From Eledone cirrhosa (Eukaryota), in NCBI GenBank assembly GCA_964016885.1, contig OZ024748.1, forward strand, positions 4,402,001 to 4,466,000: 64,000 bases of DNA, written 5' to 3'. The notes under the pieces were generated by a model that had not been told where the DNA came from, did no database searches, and saw only the letters and a list, made by a program, of their open reading frames with translations. Position numbers and translations under genes: made by a program. Shown here piece after piece: positions 32,358 through 46,912 of the stretch. How positions within the stretch are numbered: position 1 is the stretch's first letter; each line of letters opens with the position of its first letter.

Positions 32358-32613
32358 CTATATTTTTTGTCGCATCACCAGTTTGAAGAGTAGATCGATA
32401 ACTTGGCTGATCCTGAGCCAATCCTTTGCGAAACGCGCTTAACAGGCCAATACATAATAAAAATTTAAATATATGTAAACGAAATTTCATCGTTTTGCAG
32501 ACTGTTTTTTGCAGATAGTTGTCAAAGGTTCGTGTATAAAGTTAGTTTCATCAGATGGTGATGGACAGATATAGATATATAAAAAGTATATGATAAAAGG
32601 ACAAGTCAGTCAA

Positions 32614-33200
32614 TCATATAGGTGACCTCCCCACAGCCCCGGCGGACAGAATGGAGAAGGCATTTCCCCGGGGGACGGCAAGGGAGACGCGCTGGAAGAG
32701 CCATTCCATCTCGCGAGGCCCACACCTACGGCTGGCCAGCTCAGCCCCTATGGTGGTGAGTAGGGTAGTAGCCCTAGGGCCGAGGACACCAGAAGTCTCC
32801 ACTGCCAAGGGTACGACCGCAAACCTGTCGAAGAGCGACCGGTATTTGAGGAGTTTGGCCTCCTCAGCCCCCCGACGTGCAGCAGAACTTGGGTTAGTCG
32901 CAGACTGCACCAGGTTGCGGCTGCAGAAAGTGTCGGTGCAAGTGGCATCCCAGACGAGGGGTTTGCAACCGCGGAACGCGAAGATGGTCATGCCATCTAG
33001 CCTTTTGCCGTCCCCTCGGTCCAGCCCCACCGGCTCAAGATGGAAAGGGAAGCCTGCAACGTCCAAGCCATGCTTTATGACCTCGTTGAGGGCAGCACGG
33101 CGTGGAAGCTGGCCGGCAATGTGGCGGCAGGAAAGCGGGTGGAGACCGAAAGAGTCCAAGGTGGATCCACAGCGACATTGATGTGGCTCGGCTGGCCTTG
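32614..33200 (-). mobile_element. CRE-clade non-LTR retrotransposon 3' fragment (RLE domain)
   Basis: GC-rich island encoding CRCG...DSFGLHPLSC, EPVGLDRGDGKRLDG, LVWDATCTDT, K..KY, PLAVETSG and LFQRVSLAV.RGNA, motifs typical of CRE-type C-termini. It appears degraded (RH>RR, RPD>RLD). Confidence 0.8.
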
Positions 33201-33374
33201 AGGGTAGCCGGCTCATTAATCGGGTGGCTGAGTAGATGTATGACAGTCGGGTTAGCTGGCTGGATGCTAGGCTGGCTATCTGTCTGTCTGTCTGTCTGTC
33301 TAGTTGGTTGTATGGCTGTGTGTATGGCTGAATGGTTGGTGGTTAAATGGTTGGCTAGCTGTGTTTCTGGTTTA

Positions 33375-33418
<44 letters not shown>

Positions 33419-33771
33419 GTAATTCTTATCTGTCTGTCATGCTATCATCAGTCAGTAGGAGGGGCATATATGTCTATCTGTGTATGTGTGTGCGTATATT
33501 TTTGTGTGTATATAAGTGTATATAAGTGTATATAAGTGTATATAAGTGTATATAAGTGTGCATGTTTATGTGAGTGTAAGCGCGAATGTATGTATGTGTA
33601 TGTACATGAACGTGTATATTTGGGTATGTGTCTGCGTGTATGCACTTATGTTAGTGTATGTGAAATGTGAATGCGTGTATATGTGAATATTTGGGTACGT
33701 GCCTATGTGTGTGTGTGTGTGTGTGTGCATGTGTTTTTGTAGTATGTATGTGTATATATACGTCTGTGTGC

Positions 33772-33808
<37 letters not shown>

Positions 33809-34277
33809 TATATACATATATATGGGTGTGTGTAGATATATGTCTGGGTGTGCGTGTGTATATGCGTATATGTGCGTTTGTATGCATGTGTAGTGTTAGT
33901 AGTGGTAGGAGTTTTAAGTTCACTAATAACACTGACTGACTGACTTTGAGACTGAAATAGGAAAGGAGGACTTGGTTTGGTTGGTTGGTGAGATAGTAGG
34001 ATGGTGGTGGTGGTGGTGGTGGTGGTGATAGTAAGGTGTTGGTGGTGAGATGGTGGTGGTGGTGGTGGTGGTGTTGGTGGTAGTGGTGCTGATAGTAATG
34101 GTATTGGAGGTGGTTAGATTCTCAGATTGGACGATGCGTTGTGTCGTTGAGCAAGACACTTTATTTCACGTTGCTCCAGTTTACTCAGCTGTAGAAATGA
34201 CTTGGGATATCACTGGTTGTATGGGCTATTGCCGGGAACCCATCTATTATATATCTCCATTGTGATCCTATCTCTAT

Positions 34278-34313
34278 AGTCCTGAAGAGGGACTTAAGCC
34301 CGACATGTCGAAT
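34278..34313 (+). ncRNA. Decayed minimal PLE-type hammerhead
   Basis: AGTC-CTGAAGA-GGG-ACTTAAG-CCC-GACA-TGTC^GAAT, with GAAA mutated to GACA. Related decayed motifs ending GAAACGTC lie at about 1818-1848 (-) and 36908-36935 (-). Confidence 0.45.
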
Positions 34314-34384
34314 TTTCTTTCCTCTTTCCAGTGTAAAGTGTGAAACTAAGAAGACATTTGGTACCTCTGCTGGTTGTCGCCTTG

Positions 34385-34415
<31 letters not shown>

Positions 34416-34570
34416 GGAAAATAGTCAGGACCCCAGTGGCATAGTTCGGATCTACCTGTCGAAACGGCCGGAACTCAGCTGTCGAGGTCCTGACTCTTTT
34501 CCTATTACTCTAATATTGAGTACTCTAGTGCGATTTGGTCCACCTGGTATCTTACAGACCCTCTTTGTTA

Positions 34571-34634
<64 letters not shown>

Positions 34635-34965
34635 CAGTCTCATCTGTATACATATGTATATGCAGATATATGACTGTATGTACGTGTGTGTTTGAGTTTA
34701 TAAGTAAGTAAACCTCATCTGGTGAATGCTAACTCTGTACAACATCAGATTAAACTCTTCAGCGAGGAGACAGAAAATCTAACGTGTAGCGAGTTTAAAG
34801 AGGAAAGTATTAAAGGCTTAAGTTGGATATATGTCGATTTATCCAGTTCTTTGTATACAAATATGAGTGGATAACATCTCGAGTCTCCTTGGAAACGAGG
34901 AAAATATATATATAGTTCTGATATAGAATATACCAAACTATGACATGATTAAACAACGTATGAGA

Positions 34966-35025
<60 letters not shown>

Positions 35026-35214
35026 TCAAATTAATGGAAATAGAAAAGTGATGAAGATGGAAAAATCAAAGAGTTACGAATAACAATATCAACAACAACA
35101 ACAATAAGAATTACATCAATAAGTTAAACTAAAAAAGAAATGTTAAAAATATAAAAAGATCAACAAAGCTGACCTGTAAAAGATGGTAAATGGATGTGAG
35201 AGGAGGGTGTAGAT

Positions 35215-35265
<51 letters not shown>

Positions 35266-36222
35266 CACACACATAGCCAAATACAGGGGAACACGTACAA
35301 GATCATGGAGTCATACATATCCATACATATATATATATACAGAGACACCACACACATCCACACATACATACACAGACACCACACGTACATACTCACACAT
35401 ATCTACAGAGACACCAGACGTTCATGTCCACAGAGAAACCAATAAAAGACATCAAAATCTGACTGGAGAAATATGAAGCAACACAGTAAGAATTTCACCT
35501 TCACACTGTGAACCACTTAGATTAGAAACAGGAAAAACATTTGTAGAAGTACAAACACTAAATAGATATATGGAACATATTACACAGTTGTTTTGTGTGT
35601 GTTTTGTGTGCGTGTGTGTATGTGTGTGTTTTGTGCACGTGTGTGTATGTTTGTGCGTTTGCTGTGCGCGTGTGTGTGTGTTTTACTGTGTGTTTGTGTG
35701 TGTATGTGTGTGTTTTGCTGTGTGTTTGTGTGTGTTTGTGCATGTGTGTGTATGTGTGTGTTTGTGCATGTGTGTGTATGTGTGTGTGTATGTGTGTGTT
35801 TGTGTGTGTGTCTTGCTGTGCGTTTGTGTGTGTTTTAGTGTGTGTTTTGGTGCGCTTGTGTGTGTATTGCTGTGTGTGTTTTGGTGTGTGTATGTGTGTG
35901 CTTTTTTATAGACATTTAAAGTGTTTCTTCATATACTCACAGTTTTCACATATAACTGTCAAAACATCAGAGCTGACCTCTTGAGAGTTGCATTTATTTA
36001 ATATGTCGATATTTCTCAGTTTTTATACAAACGTATGAAACACCGTATATTTTCAATTTCAGTTGGCAGATGGCTGTCTCAAGGCCTCCAAGAGAAATCT
36101 TCCGAAGCTGAGCAAGACAGCCTTGGGTATCCAGGATTACGTTCAAGGAAGTATATATATATATACATATATATATATCAATAATATTAATAAATGGAAA
36201 ATATCTTTATGAAACCATACTT

Positions 36223-36281
36223 ATTTTATTATATATATTTCAAGGGCACCAGTATTTTGGTACGCTATCGTCAGATAAAAC
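36223..36281 (-). ncRNA. Type I hammerhead fold, family A
   Basis: GTTTTAT-CTGACGA-TAGCGTACCA-AAATAC-TGGTGCCCTT-GAAA-TATATA-TA^ATAAAAT. Downstream sequence is homologous to 10485-10522. Confidence 0.68.
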
Positions 36282-36365
36282 ACAATACTTGGTTAACAGA
36301 TAGTGACATATCTACATATGAACTTAATGTTATGAGTTCTATATAAATAAATAAATAACTCATTG

Positions 36366-36419
<54 letters not shown>

Positions 36420-36661
36420 GAGAGAGAGAGAGAGAGAGAGAGTATGCGGTGCTGGGACCAAGGGGACCACTAATCACATATATATAAAGTTTGACATAGA
36501 AATTGCATCTACAGGACGAGATGTGTTACATTTAAAAGAAAACATCAGAATGAAACAGTTCTAATCCTGTAGAATCCATTTCTATATTAAACTTGATGTT
36601 TACTCTACTAAAGTATTGAGTACCTTACTAACTGTGGTTATCACCAATTGAACCGGGAACT

Positions 36662-36692
<31 letters not shown>

Positions 36693-37615
36693 GTGTATGT
36701 GTGTGTGTGTGTATATGTATATATGTATATATATATATATAGATATAAAATAGAATTAGAATTTAGCTTCGAGCGTAGCTGTATGCAGATATGTATTGGA
36801 AATTCGTACATATAATTAAAAAGGACAAACAAACAAATGCAGGAATCAATAGTACATCGTGTTATTGGCTTCACTCTTGGTGAGAGTGTGTGTGTGTGTG
36901 GGTGGGGTACGACGTTTCGAACATAAGTCCTTCATATATATATATGTGTGTGTATATATGTACCAATATCCGTAGGTGTGAAAAGGATAATGGAAAGCAG
37001 TGCTCAATCGTGAATGGAGCAGAAATATTATTTGAAAACACCACCCCGTCTGTCACCCTCTCTTCTCCCTCTTTTTCTTGCGTAACAGTCCTTGCTTTTC
37101 CCACCTTTTCTTCTAATTTATGGCATTTATATTTTTTTCCGTTACCTTTCTATACAGCCAAATCTACCCTTCTTTACCGTTTCCTTTTTTTTCATTACTT
37201 CATTTTGTTTTTATCCTTTTTTAATATTTACCAATCATTCTTTAACTTTTGTTTGTATAATATAGTTGACAAAAAACATAAAAAAATATTTTTTAGAAGT
37301 AGAGACAGCTATGCTGTTTTGTTTCATAAATTGTAGAACATTCGACGAATATCAATTAAAAAACTCATAAATATTTATCAAATTAAAATGAAATTAATTT
37401 AAACAAATTTCGCTTCTGTATATTTGCAATGGATGAATGTTATCAATAAAAATAATACCGTTTAACTATCTATTAATTATTGCTGTGACACATTAGATTA
37501 AATCTATATAAAACAGTGAAATATTTTAGTGTGACCAAGCAACCAACAATAAATACGTAAGTAATGGTTGTATAATTTATTTCTATATTAATATTGAATC
37601 TTTGTCCAACATTTA

Positions 37616-37985
37616 CAGAGCTGTCAACTCTCCCCGTCCGACGGGAAGCTCTCCCACCAATTTTGAGGTGGGTGAGTGATGTCTTCTCTTGTGAAAATGG
37701 ATACAGCTTTCATTATGTAAATTGGCAGTATCGGTAGAGAGTCGGCACCATGCTTTGAAGCATAGAGTTACGTTTCTTTATGATCTGAGTTCAAATCCCG
37801 CCGAGGTTAACTTTGCCTTTCATCCTTACGGGGTGGATAAAATAAAGTACCAGTAATGTACTGGTTAATTGCTGGCCTTGTGCCTAAAATAGAAACAATT
37901 ATGTAAAATCTCCCTATTTTCCTCATTTCTGGGGCACTTTTTCCCTGATACACCCCGTTTGGGTTTTTAGAGGTTGGGAGATCTG
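37616..37985. mobile_element. MITE (CAG..CTG ends, apparent 6-bp TSD CATTTA) carrying a nested SINE
   Basis: The reverse complement matches the uninterrupted copy at 22703-22896. CATTTA lies at 37610-37615 and 37986-37991. Confidence 0.78.
37722..37897 (+). mobile_element. SINE family 1 copy with 10-bp TSD, nested in a MITE
   Basis: ATTATGTAAA at 37712-37721 and 37898-37907. The empty site is visible in the paralogous MITE near 22790. Confidence 0.88.
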
Positions 37986-38058
37986 CATTTAGTACTATGT
38001 TTATGTTGTTCAGCACCTCCCTACACTGTCGGACCTCTCAGATTAAAGCCATTCCAGG

Positions 38059-38377
38059 CAGGGCCGGATTTAGTGTGGGGTGGGGATGGTGTGGGGTGGG
38101 GATGGCAAAGGTGGAAATCATTTCGGGACCCTACAGTGATGGGGTCACCAGCGACGGCCTTATTAATTTATTTGTGCCCTCAGCTAGGTATTATATTTTT
38201 AGGATGGTTACAATTTTTGAATTTAACACTTCTATGTTTACCTGCAGCAAGCTAACTTTGAAATACAAAATTAAGGGGTTTGCTGTGTATTCTAATTTTT
38301 GGGTATGTATCCCCCCCCCCCTCCAAAAAAACCTGACGATCCCTAGACCCGCCCCATGTGGTCTAAATTCTACCCTG
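38059..38377 (-). mobile_element. hAT-like MITE, same family as 53313-53609
   Basis: TIRs CAGGGCCGGATTTAG / CTAAATTCTACCCTG plus internal homology. Confidence 0.8.
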
Positions 38378-39124
38378 CATATAAGACAGTGGGATATTTT
38401 TAGTGTGACCAAGCAACCAATATAAATATCATAAGTATTGGTTCTATAATTTATTTCTATATCAATATTGAACCCTTGTTCAACATTTAGTCCTATATTG
38501 ATGTTGTTCAGCTCCACCCCATCCCATACTGTCGGAACTGATTAACAGCTCAAATAAAAGCCATTCCAGACATAACAATCCTATCTTATCTTCAAGCTTT
38601 GTTTATCTACGACTACATACATTCTAGTTTTTTTTTTTATCTAAGACTACATATAGTTTTGCCTTTTTTTAATTTTTTTATCTACGACTACAAATACTCT
38701 TCCCTTTTTTATCTACGACTACATAAATTCTTGCCTTGTTTTATCTACGTCTACATATACTCTTCCCTTATTTTTTTTTTATCTACGTCTACATATATTC
38801 TTGTATTGACCATTTTATCGAACATTCGAGAATTAACTAACAAAAATATGATTTTAATAGACTTATTATTTTGGTTATGAATTCTGTTTAAATTTACCCC
38901 AAACGTTTCAAACTTCACCGAAAGAAAGAAAAAAGACAAATAAATTATTCCAAAATATAAGAAAAGAAAGTTGTTTAATTGGATGTGATTTGAGTTATTT
39001 GAGTGCTCTTTCTAACAGGTCAATCAATCATATAGAGACTCCCGTTGGCCCGATCATTAGTAAGTTCACCAATCAATTATTGGGTGTTAGCTTTTGTATA
39101 GATATAGTTTCAACCAACCTATAT

Positions 39125-39240
<116 letters not shown>

Positions 39241-39262
39241 TATGTGTCTATATGTGTGTACG

Positions 39263-39303
<41 letters not shown>

Positions 39304-41182
39304 ATATATATATATATATATGTACATATATGTATATATATATGTACGTGTGTATGTATGTATATATATATATGATAGATAGATAAATACGTATATATAT
39401 ACCTATGTATATATATACATATATATATATTTATATATAACCCCCCCCCCCCATATATATATATATATATTAAACAGTGGGGGCTGGTTTGTTTATAATT
39501 CGTGCATATAATGCATATAACCTTGCAGCCAGCCAATGGCTGTTTTAATTCAACAGATGTGATAGTTTGGGCAGATCCAGACATAACTACAGTTGGGGTC
39601 TGTTGCTGGAACTAGAACTAGAACTAGAACTGGGGACTAGGGGTTTGCGAGTGTGGGGTGGTGGAGGGCAGTGGTAGATAATAATCCCATCCCATCCCTC
39701 CCTCACAATCTCACAACCCCTACACAACCTTCATTCTTTCCTTCTCGCCCTAAATCCACCATGTTATGGGGATAAGTCTGGTTTTTATAATCTCCTCCTC
39801 ATCTTACAGGGTTATTATTTATATTGCTGTGTTTCCTACATCATAATAGATATAGAATCGATGTGGATCTGGGGAGGGGTTTATTGGTTGAAGGAGGTGG
39901 GGTTTGGTGGTTGAATGGGGGATGGAGCCTTGGTGGTTGAATTGAGGGAGGTATTGGTGGGGGGGGGGATCTTGGTGGTTGAAAGGAGGAGGGGCCTTGG
40001 CGGTTGAAGGGGAGAAGCGGCTTGATGATTGAATGGTTGAGCGTTTGGTGGTTGAACGGGGAGGTTGGGTTGGTAGTTGAGGGTGGTGGTGGAAGTCTTG
40101 GTAGTTGAAAGGAAGTGGGGGATTTGGTGGTTGAAAGGAGGAGGGGCCTTGGTGGTTGAAGGAGAGGGGGTTTGTGGTTGAAGGGGTGGGGGTTTAGGTT
40201 GAAAGGTGGAGGGTAGCTTGGTGGCTCAAAGGAGAAGGGGTGGTTTGGTGGTTGAACGGGGGTGGGGGCTTGGTTGTTTGGAGGAGGAGGAGGGATGTTT
40301 TATATTTTTTTAATTGATATTTTAGTTTTTGTGTGGTAATCAATACATGACAGGCTTTGATTCTTGCCTCTGTTTATTTTATTTTATCTTATTTTATTAT
40401 TTTGTTGTTTCTCTGTTATATTCAATACTTGCTCAGTTTATCAATGAACAGTTCTGTATAATCATAAATATAACATACACCACCATCACCACCATACCAT
40501 AGAATAATACATCACCACCGCCATCATATATCACCATACACCACCGCCAACATATATCACCATACACCACCGCCAACATATATCACCATACACCACCGCC
40601 ATCATATATCACCATACACCACCGCCATCATATATCATACCAGAATACATCTCCACCACGATAGCATACCACAATACATCACCACAACCGACATACACCA
40701 CCACCACACGACCCTACATCACCACCACCACCACCACCACACACGACCACATACATCACCACCACCACACCACCCTACATCACCACCACACTACTACACA
40801 TCACCACACACCCCTACATCACCACCACCACCATACGACCCCCCACTTCTACACCACCACCACCACCACATCACCCTACATCACCACCACAAGCCCCCCC
40901 CCACTACTACACCCCCCCCCCCCCCACCACCACCACATCACTACCATCACCCCACCACCACCACCCCACCACCACCACACCACACCACCACACCACCACC
41001 GCTCTTGACGCTATATTTTCTGTCTCTGATGATCTAATACAGTAATTATATCTTCTAGATAAGTAATAGGACCATTATAAAGAAGACACAACCAGTTAAC
41101 TGGAACCCTACCCCCCCTCTCTCTCTCTATATATATATATAAACACATACATGTATATATATATATATATTTATATATTTAT

Positions 41183-41298
<116 letters not shown>

Positions 41299-41345
41299 AT
41301 ATATATATATATATTTATTTATATATATATATGTATATATGTATG

Positions 41346-41396
<51 letters not shown>

Positions 41397-41545
41397 ATAT
41401 ATATATATATATATTTATTTATTTATATATATATACATATATATTTGTATATATGTATGGGTATATATATATATATATATATACCCATACATATATATGT
41501 GTGTATATATACATATATATATATATTTATTTTTATATATATATA

Positions 41546-41619
<74 letters not shown>

Positions 41620-41655
41620 TGTATATATATGAACGTATTTATATATGTTTGTGTG

Positions 41656-41701
<46 letters not shown>

Positions 41702-42155
41702 GGCGTGCGCACACACATAGGTACTAACATACATATATACATAGGGATACATCATCTTACACAGCCAATTGTCCCCCAGCACCACCATACCTCCTTCACG
41801 TTATTAAATATAAAAAACACACACTACGTATGTTTAATCCCTATTTCAAAGTGCCAAAATATGGCGATGGTATATATGGTAGATACTACCATCAGTTTTT
41901 CTCTCCTCACTACCACCACCACCACTACCACCACCATCGTCGTCGTCACCACTACAACCACCATAAAAAAAGCACCATTTCCCCGTTCCACCAACATTAT
42001 CATCACCGCTACTATCATCCCACATCACCACCACCACCACCACGAAGACCAGCGCCAGCACCAATACCACCACCAAGAACAAGAACACTGGTTTCACCCT
42101 CATCAACACCGCTACTACCACTGGTAGCAGAATCACCTACATTAAGGTAGTAATG

Positions 42156-42212
<57 letters not shown>

Positions 42213-42501
42213 TGGGAGTAGAGATGATGTATATATATTATCAAATAATTCTCTGGACATGCTTTTCTCTATAGTATATATATATATATATGTAAGTATC
42301 AGGAAATTGCACAAGTGCAGACATTCTATAAATAGGGTGAACACCCTTAAAAGACGGCTAAAAAAGTTTCCATCGGCTTCTATGAGGAATTGAAACCCAA
42401 GCTATCTTTATAGCATATATATATATATGCCACACATCTTGGAGGTTGTTTTTCAGACAGGCCACTCACCTCATGACAAACACACACATAGATACATACA
42501 T

Positions 42502-42915
42502 ACCTTCAGATTTATGCCTGTGATTATTGGGGCACTGGGATATGTTAGTAACTGCCTCAATACAAATCTTGAGAAGCTAAGATTCACAGGAACAGAAAGA
42601 ACACAACTAGTTAGGAAATTATAAGTACAATTCATTAATGGAACAGTAAAAATATCTAAAACATTCCAAAAATTTTCCATCTAATATAACTACATATACA
42701 CATGTACAAATACTAAGCATATACACATGCACACATACAACTCAAAACATACACATCGACACATACAATAACATCCATATCTACACATGCAGACATGCAT
42801 ACATAAACTACCTAGTTGATGTTGTGTAAATTCCAATGAGAGAGTCTTGTGTCTATGTTAGAAACCGACTCTCTCTCGATTGGCAAAAATTCGTGAAATT
42901 ATAAAACCAGAAGAG
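42502..42915 (+). mobile_element. Second, shorter copy of the same R4/Dong family
   Basis: Co-linear with the reverse complement of 24408-24815 (TFRFMPVIIGALGYVSNCLNTNL plus the same 3' UTR). It has an in-frame stop and TACA repeats on both flanks. Confidence 0.9.
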
Positions 42916-43046
42916 CATACATACATATATACATGCATACATACATACATACATATATATATATACATACATATATATATATACATACATACATACATGC
43001 ATACATGCATACATTCATACATACATACATTCATACATACATTCAT

Positions 43047-43472
43047 ACAACCGGCCTGATATTGTTTTTTGGGACCACACATTGAAAACGTGTTATGTTG
43101 TGGAGATCAGCTGCCCACTTGATGTAAACGTTGTCAGAAAAATACAGGAGAAGGAGGACATCTACGGACCACTGATGAGGAGTTTACAAATCCAGTATCC
43201 AAGATATAACTTTAGCTTCATACCCATCATTATTGGAGCTAGGGGTTATATACCAACCCGCTTGGACCAAAGTATGACTGAACTTGGATTTGCGGACAAA
43301 GAGCGCAGCTCCCTAATTCATAGTCTAAAAATGGCTGCGATAGCTGGCACCTTCAACATTTGCAAAACATTCTTGCGATTCAAGGGATGACAATTTCTAT
43401 TCTTTTACAACCTTGCCACCAGGAAGGTGGCCGGTCAAAAAAAATATACTCGAAATTAAGAGAAAGAGATAA
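43047..43472 (+). mobile_element. R4/Dong-clade fragment of a distinct subfamily
   Basis: NRPDIVFWDHTLKTCYVVEISCPLDVNVVRKIQEKEDIYGPLMRSLQ...IIIGARG...ICKTFLRF is homologous to, but diverged from, the 24.6-kb ORF. The 3' UTR is different. TACA repeats flank both ends. Confidence 0.85.
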
Positions 43473-44068
43473 CATACATTATACATGCATACTTACATAC
43501 ATTCATACATACATACATACATACATGCATACATACATGCATACATACATGCATACATACATACATACATACATACATACATACATACATACATACATAC
43601 ATGTATACATAGACGTAGAGCCATGTCCGAGAGAGTGTCGCATGGACACCATTATCAGGTCATGTAAAACAACCATAGTTAATACATAGCAGATGTTAGA
43701 CTAACATTTTATATAGATTCATAATTATATTTCTATCTAGAATGTTCTGATTTATATAGGAAAGACAGTCATATATACATGTAGAGTGATATATATCTAG
43801 AGAGAAAGAGAGAGGGAGAGAAGGCTGGGGTGGAGGCAAGACTGTATGAAGTGGTGTATATATGTGTATACCTAATTATATGCATACATGCATACACATA
43901 AACATGCACATAGGATGTGTGTGTATATATATATACATATATATATATGAAGATGATGATGATATATATATGTGTGTGTATATACATAAATATATATATA
44001 TATATTCATATATATATACATAAATATATATATATATATGATGATGATGATATATATGTGTGTGTATG

Positions 44069-44132
<64 letters not shown>

Positions 44133-44227
44133 TGTATAAGTGTCTATCTATATATATATATATATATATGTGTATATGTGTGTATGCAAATACATAAACG
44201 CATGTATATACATATTATACGCACACA

Positions 44228-44281
<54 letters not shown>

Positions 44282-44345
44282 TATCCAAATATATACTCAT
44301 ATCTATATATATATACACACACATATATATATATGTGTGTGTATA

Positions 44346-44446
<101 letters not shown>

Positions 44447-45031
44447 GTACAAATACATACATTCATATATGGAAATAGCGAACAAGCATGAAAGAATAAG
44501 TTGAGGAATGGTGCCAAAATGGTCGAAATTGTTCTGGAAACATTGATCTTATAGTCTTGTGTTCCTCACATGTATGTATCCTTATATTTTACCATATTTG
44601 GTATACAACAGTTTTTATGGCTGATATATTCCAGTCAATATATAGGCTGTCCCTAAAAATGTATACATACTTTAATAGAATTCTAATATAAATATGTGTA
44701 TACATTTTTTTGCGATACCCTGTATATACTTTTTGGTGGTGTTGTTGTTGTTATGGTCATTGTTGTTGTTGTTATGGTCATTATTATTGTGCATTGACAG
44801 TATCGGTAGAGGCTCTGATGCCATGCTTTGCGGCACAGAGTTACGGCCCTTTATGGTTTGAGTTCAAATCCCGCCGAGGTTAACTTTGCCTTTCATCCTT
44901 ACGGGGTCGATAAAATAAAGTACCAGTAATACACTGGGGTAATTGATGTATATCATTACCTACATGTTTATGTATGTGTAAGATACAATCACATGCATAC
45001 ATAAATATACACATATATATCATGAGCATTC

Positions 45032-45069
<38 letters not shown>

Positions 45070-45140
45070 ATGTATATATATACCTATATATATGTATATA
45101 TCTATATATATATATATATATATATATACCTATATATATG

Positions 45141-45215
<75 letters not shown>

Positions 45216-45267
45216 ATATATATACATATATGTATATATATATATATACCTATATATATACATATAC

Positions 45268-45310
<43 letters not shown>

Positions 45311-45445
45311 TATATATATATCACATCCAATCTCTGTTCTTTCTCCAAGTATATGCCATATCCAATAAACAACACTCATTAGTAAGTATACATTACAGGT
45401 ATGGATATCATCATGTTGATATCTTTATATACATGATTAATGTAA

Positions 45446-45490
<45 letters not shown>

Positions 45491-45491
<1 letters not shown>

Positions 45492-46140
45492 CCAACCAAC
45501 ATCCAAACTTTAAAATGTTCCCCATTTACAAATTCATAGACGACGCTACTTTCATCCATCGTACCAATAAGGAAACGTATTTCATTAACAAATTCCAACC
45601 TCTACTTAATGCACTAAACTTCGGACTAAACTAAAACCGGAACGAACAATCAAACACTTACAAATACCTATGTCTCTTTAAAGAGTTACCTCCCTCACAC
45701 CCTACCTAATCCTTTTTCTTAAATAAATTAAATATCATCCAGCATGAATTACCTCCCCCTGCATATTAACTCTCTAAAAAGGGAAATCATATCAAACCCC
45801 AGTCCACCATTTGCCTCCATCATGGATCAACTAAGCACCCTTGCTATATTAACACATTTTGATCTGCTTATCTTCAAGAACTATGCCTGTAAATAACATT
45901 ATTTTGTCTTTCACATTGCCTAATTATGCTCCCCATTACGCTCCTTTTTTTTCTTCTTTCTTTTTTCTTTTGACTTCATAAACCTTGTTTCTAAATAACA
46001 TTATTCTTTCTGCACCATTTCTTTAACATATTCAACACCACCATTCTACACCAATACATATTATTATCATTTGATAATGCATAAAAATGCTGAAACCGGT
46101 AATAGACAATTATTAAATATATAAATAAATAAATAAATGC
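45491..46140 (+). mobile_element. Penelope-like element 3' end (GIY-YIG C-terminus + 3' UTR with decayed hammerhead)
   Basis: 45491-45634 translates [40 protein letters not shown], resembling the PLE GIY-YIG end (R...E..FI....P.LN). TTGATAATGCAT-AAAA-ATGCT-GAAACCGGTA at about 46071-46101 resembles a PLE hammerhead. Confidence 0.65.
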
Positions 46141-46297
46141 CATTGTTAATTAATAAATAAATCAACTAATACCTTAACACTTCACACAAAGTAAAATATT
46201 TCGTTTTAATCATTTTCTAACCCAGAAAAAAGAGAGAAATAAATAAAAAGGGAAAAAAATATATTTTTCTTTCTAATAATCGTCTTTTTCTCCCTGT

Positions 46298-46397
<100 letters not shown>

Positions 46398-46520
46398 GTG
46401 AAAACTTGGACGGGGACCAAAACAGAGAGGCAATACAAATAAAAGTTTATTAGGTTTACGCTCTTGAGAGTGGGGAGGGGGATATATATATGTGTGTGTG
46501 TGTGTGTGTGTAAAAGGTAA

Positions 46521-46695
46521 AGAGGATGTGGCTGAGTGGTTAGAGAGTTAGAATAACAATCGTGAGGTTGTGAGTTCAATTCTTGGACCGGGCGATGCGT
46601 TATATCCTTGAACAAGACACTTCATTTCACGTTGCTGTTTCTGCCAGGCGTTGCGACTGTTAGATAGTTTCAGCAATAGAAAGACCAATGGAAAC
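46521..46695 (+). mobile_element. tRNA-derived SINE family 2 (CORE-like central block)
   Basis: A box TGGCTGAGTGG, B box GAGTTCAATTC, core TCCTTGA.CAAGACACTT.ATTTCACGTTG. Copies at about 25850-26060 (-), 49945-50143 (-) and 34130-34200 (+, partial). Confidence 0.85.
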
Positions 46696-46875
46696 TATAT
46701 TCACACACTCACACACACATATATATATACTTTCATTTCCCTTATTTTCACAAACACATTCACCCATCACTCTTCTCTCTATCTCTCTTTCTATCACCTT
46801 CACTCATCCCCTCTCTCATCTATTTGTCTTCCTATCACCATCACTCTATCTCTATTCCTATCACCCTAACCCTAC

Positions 46876-46912
<37 letters not shown>

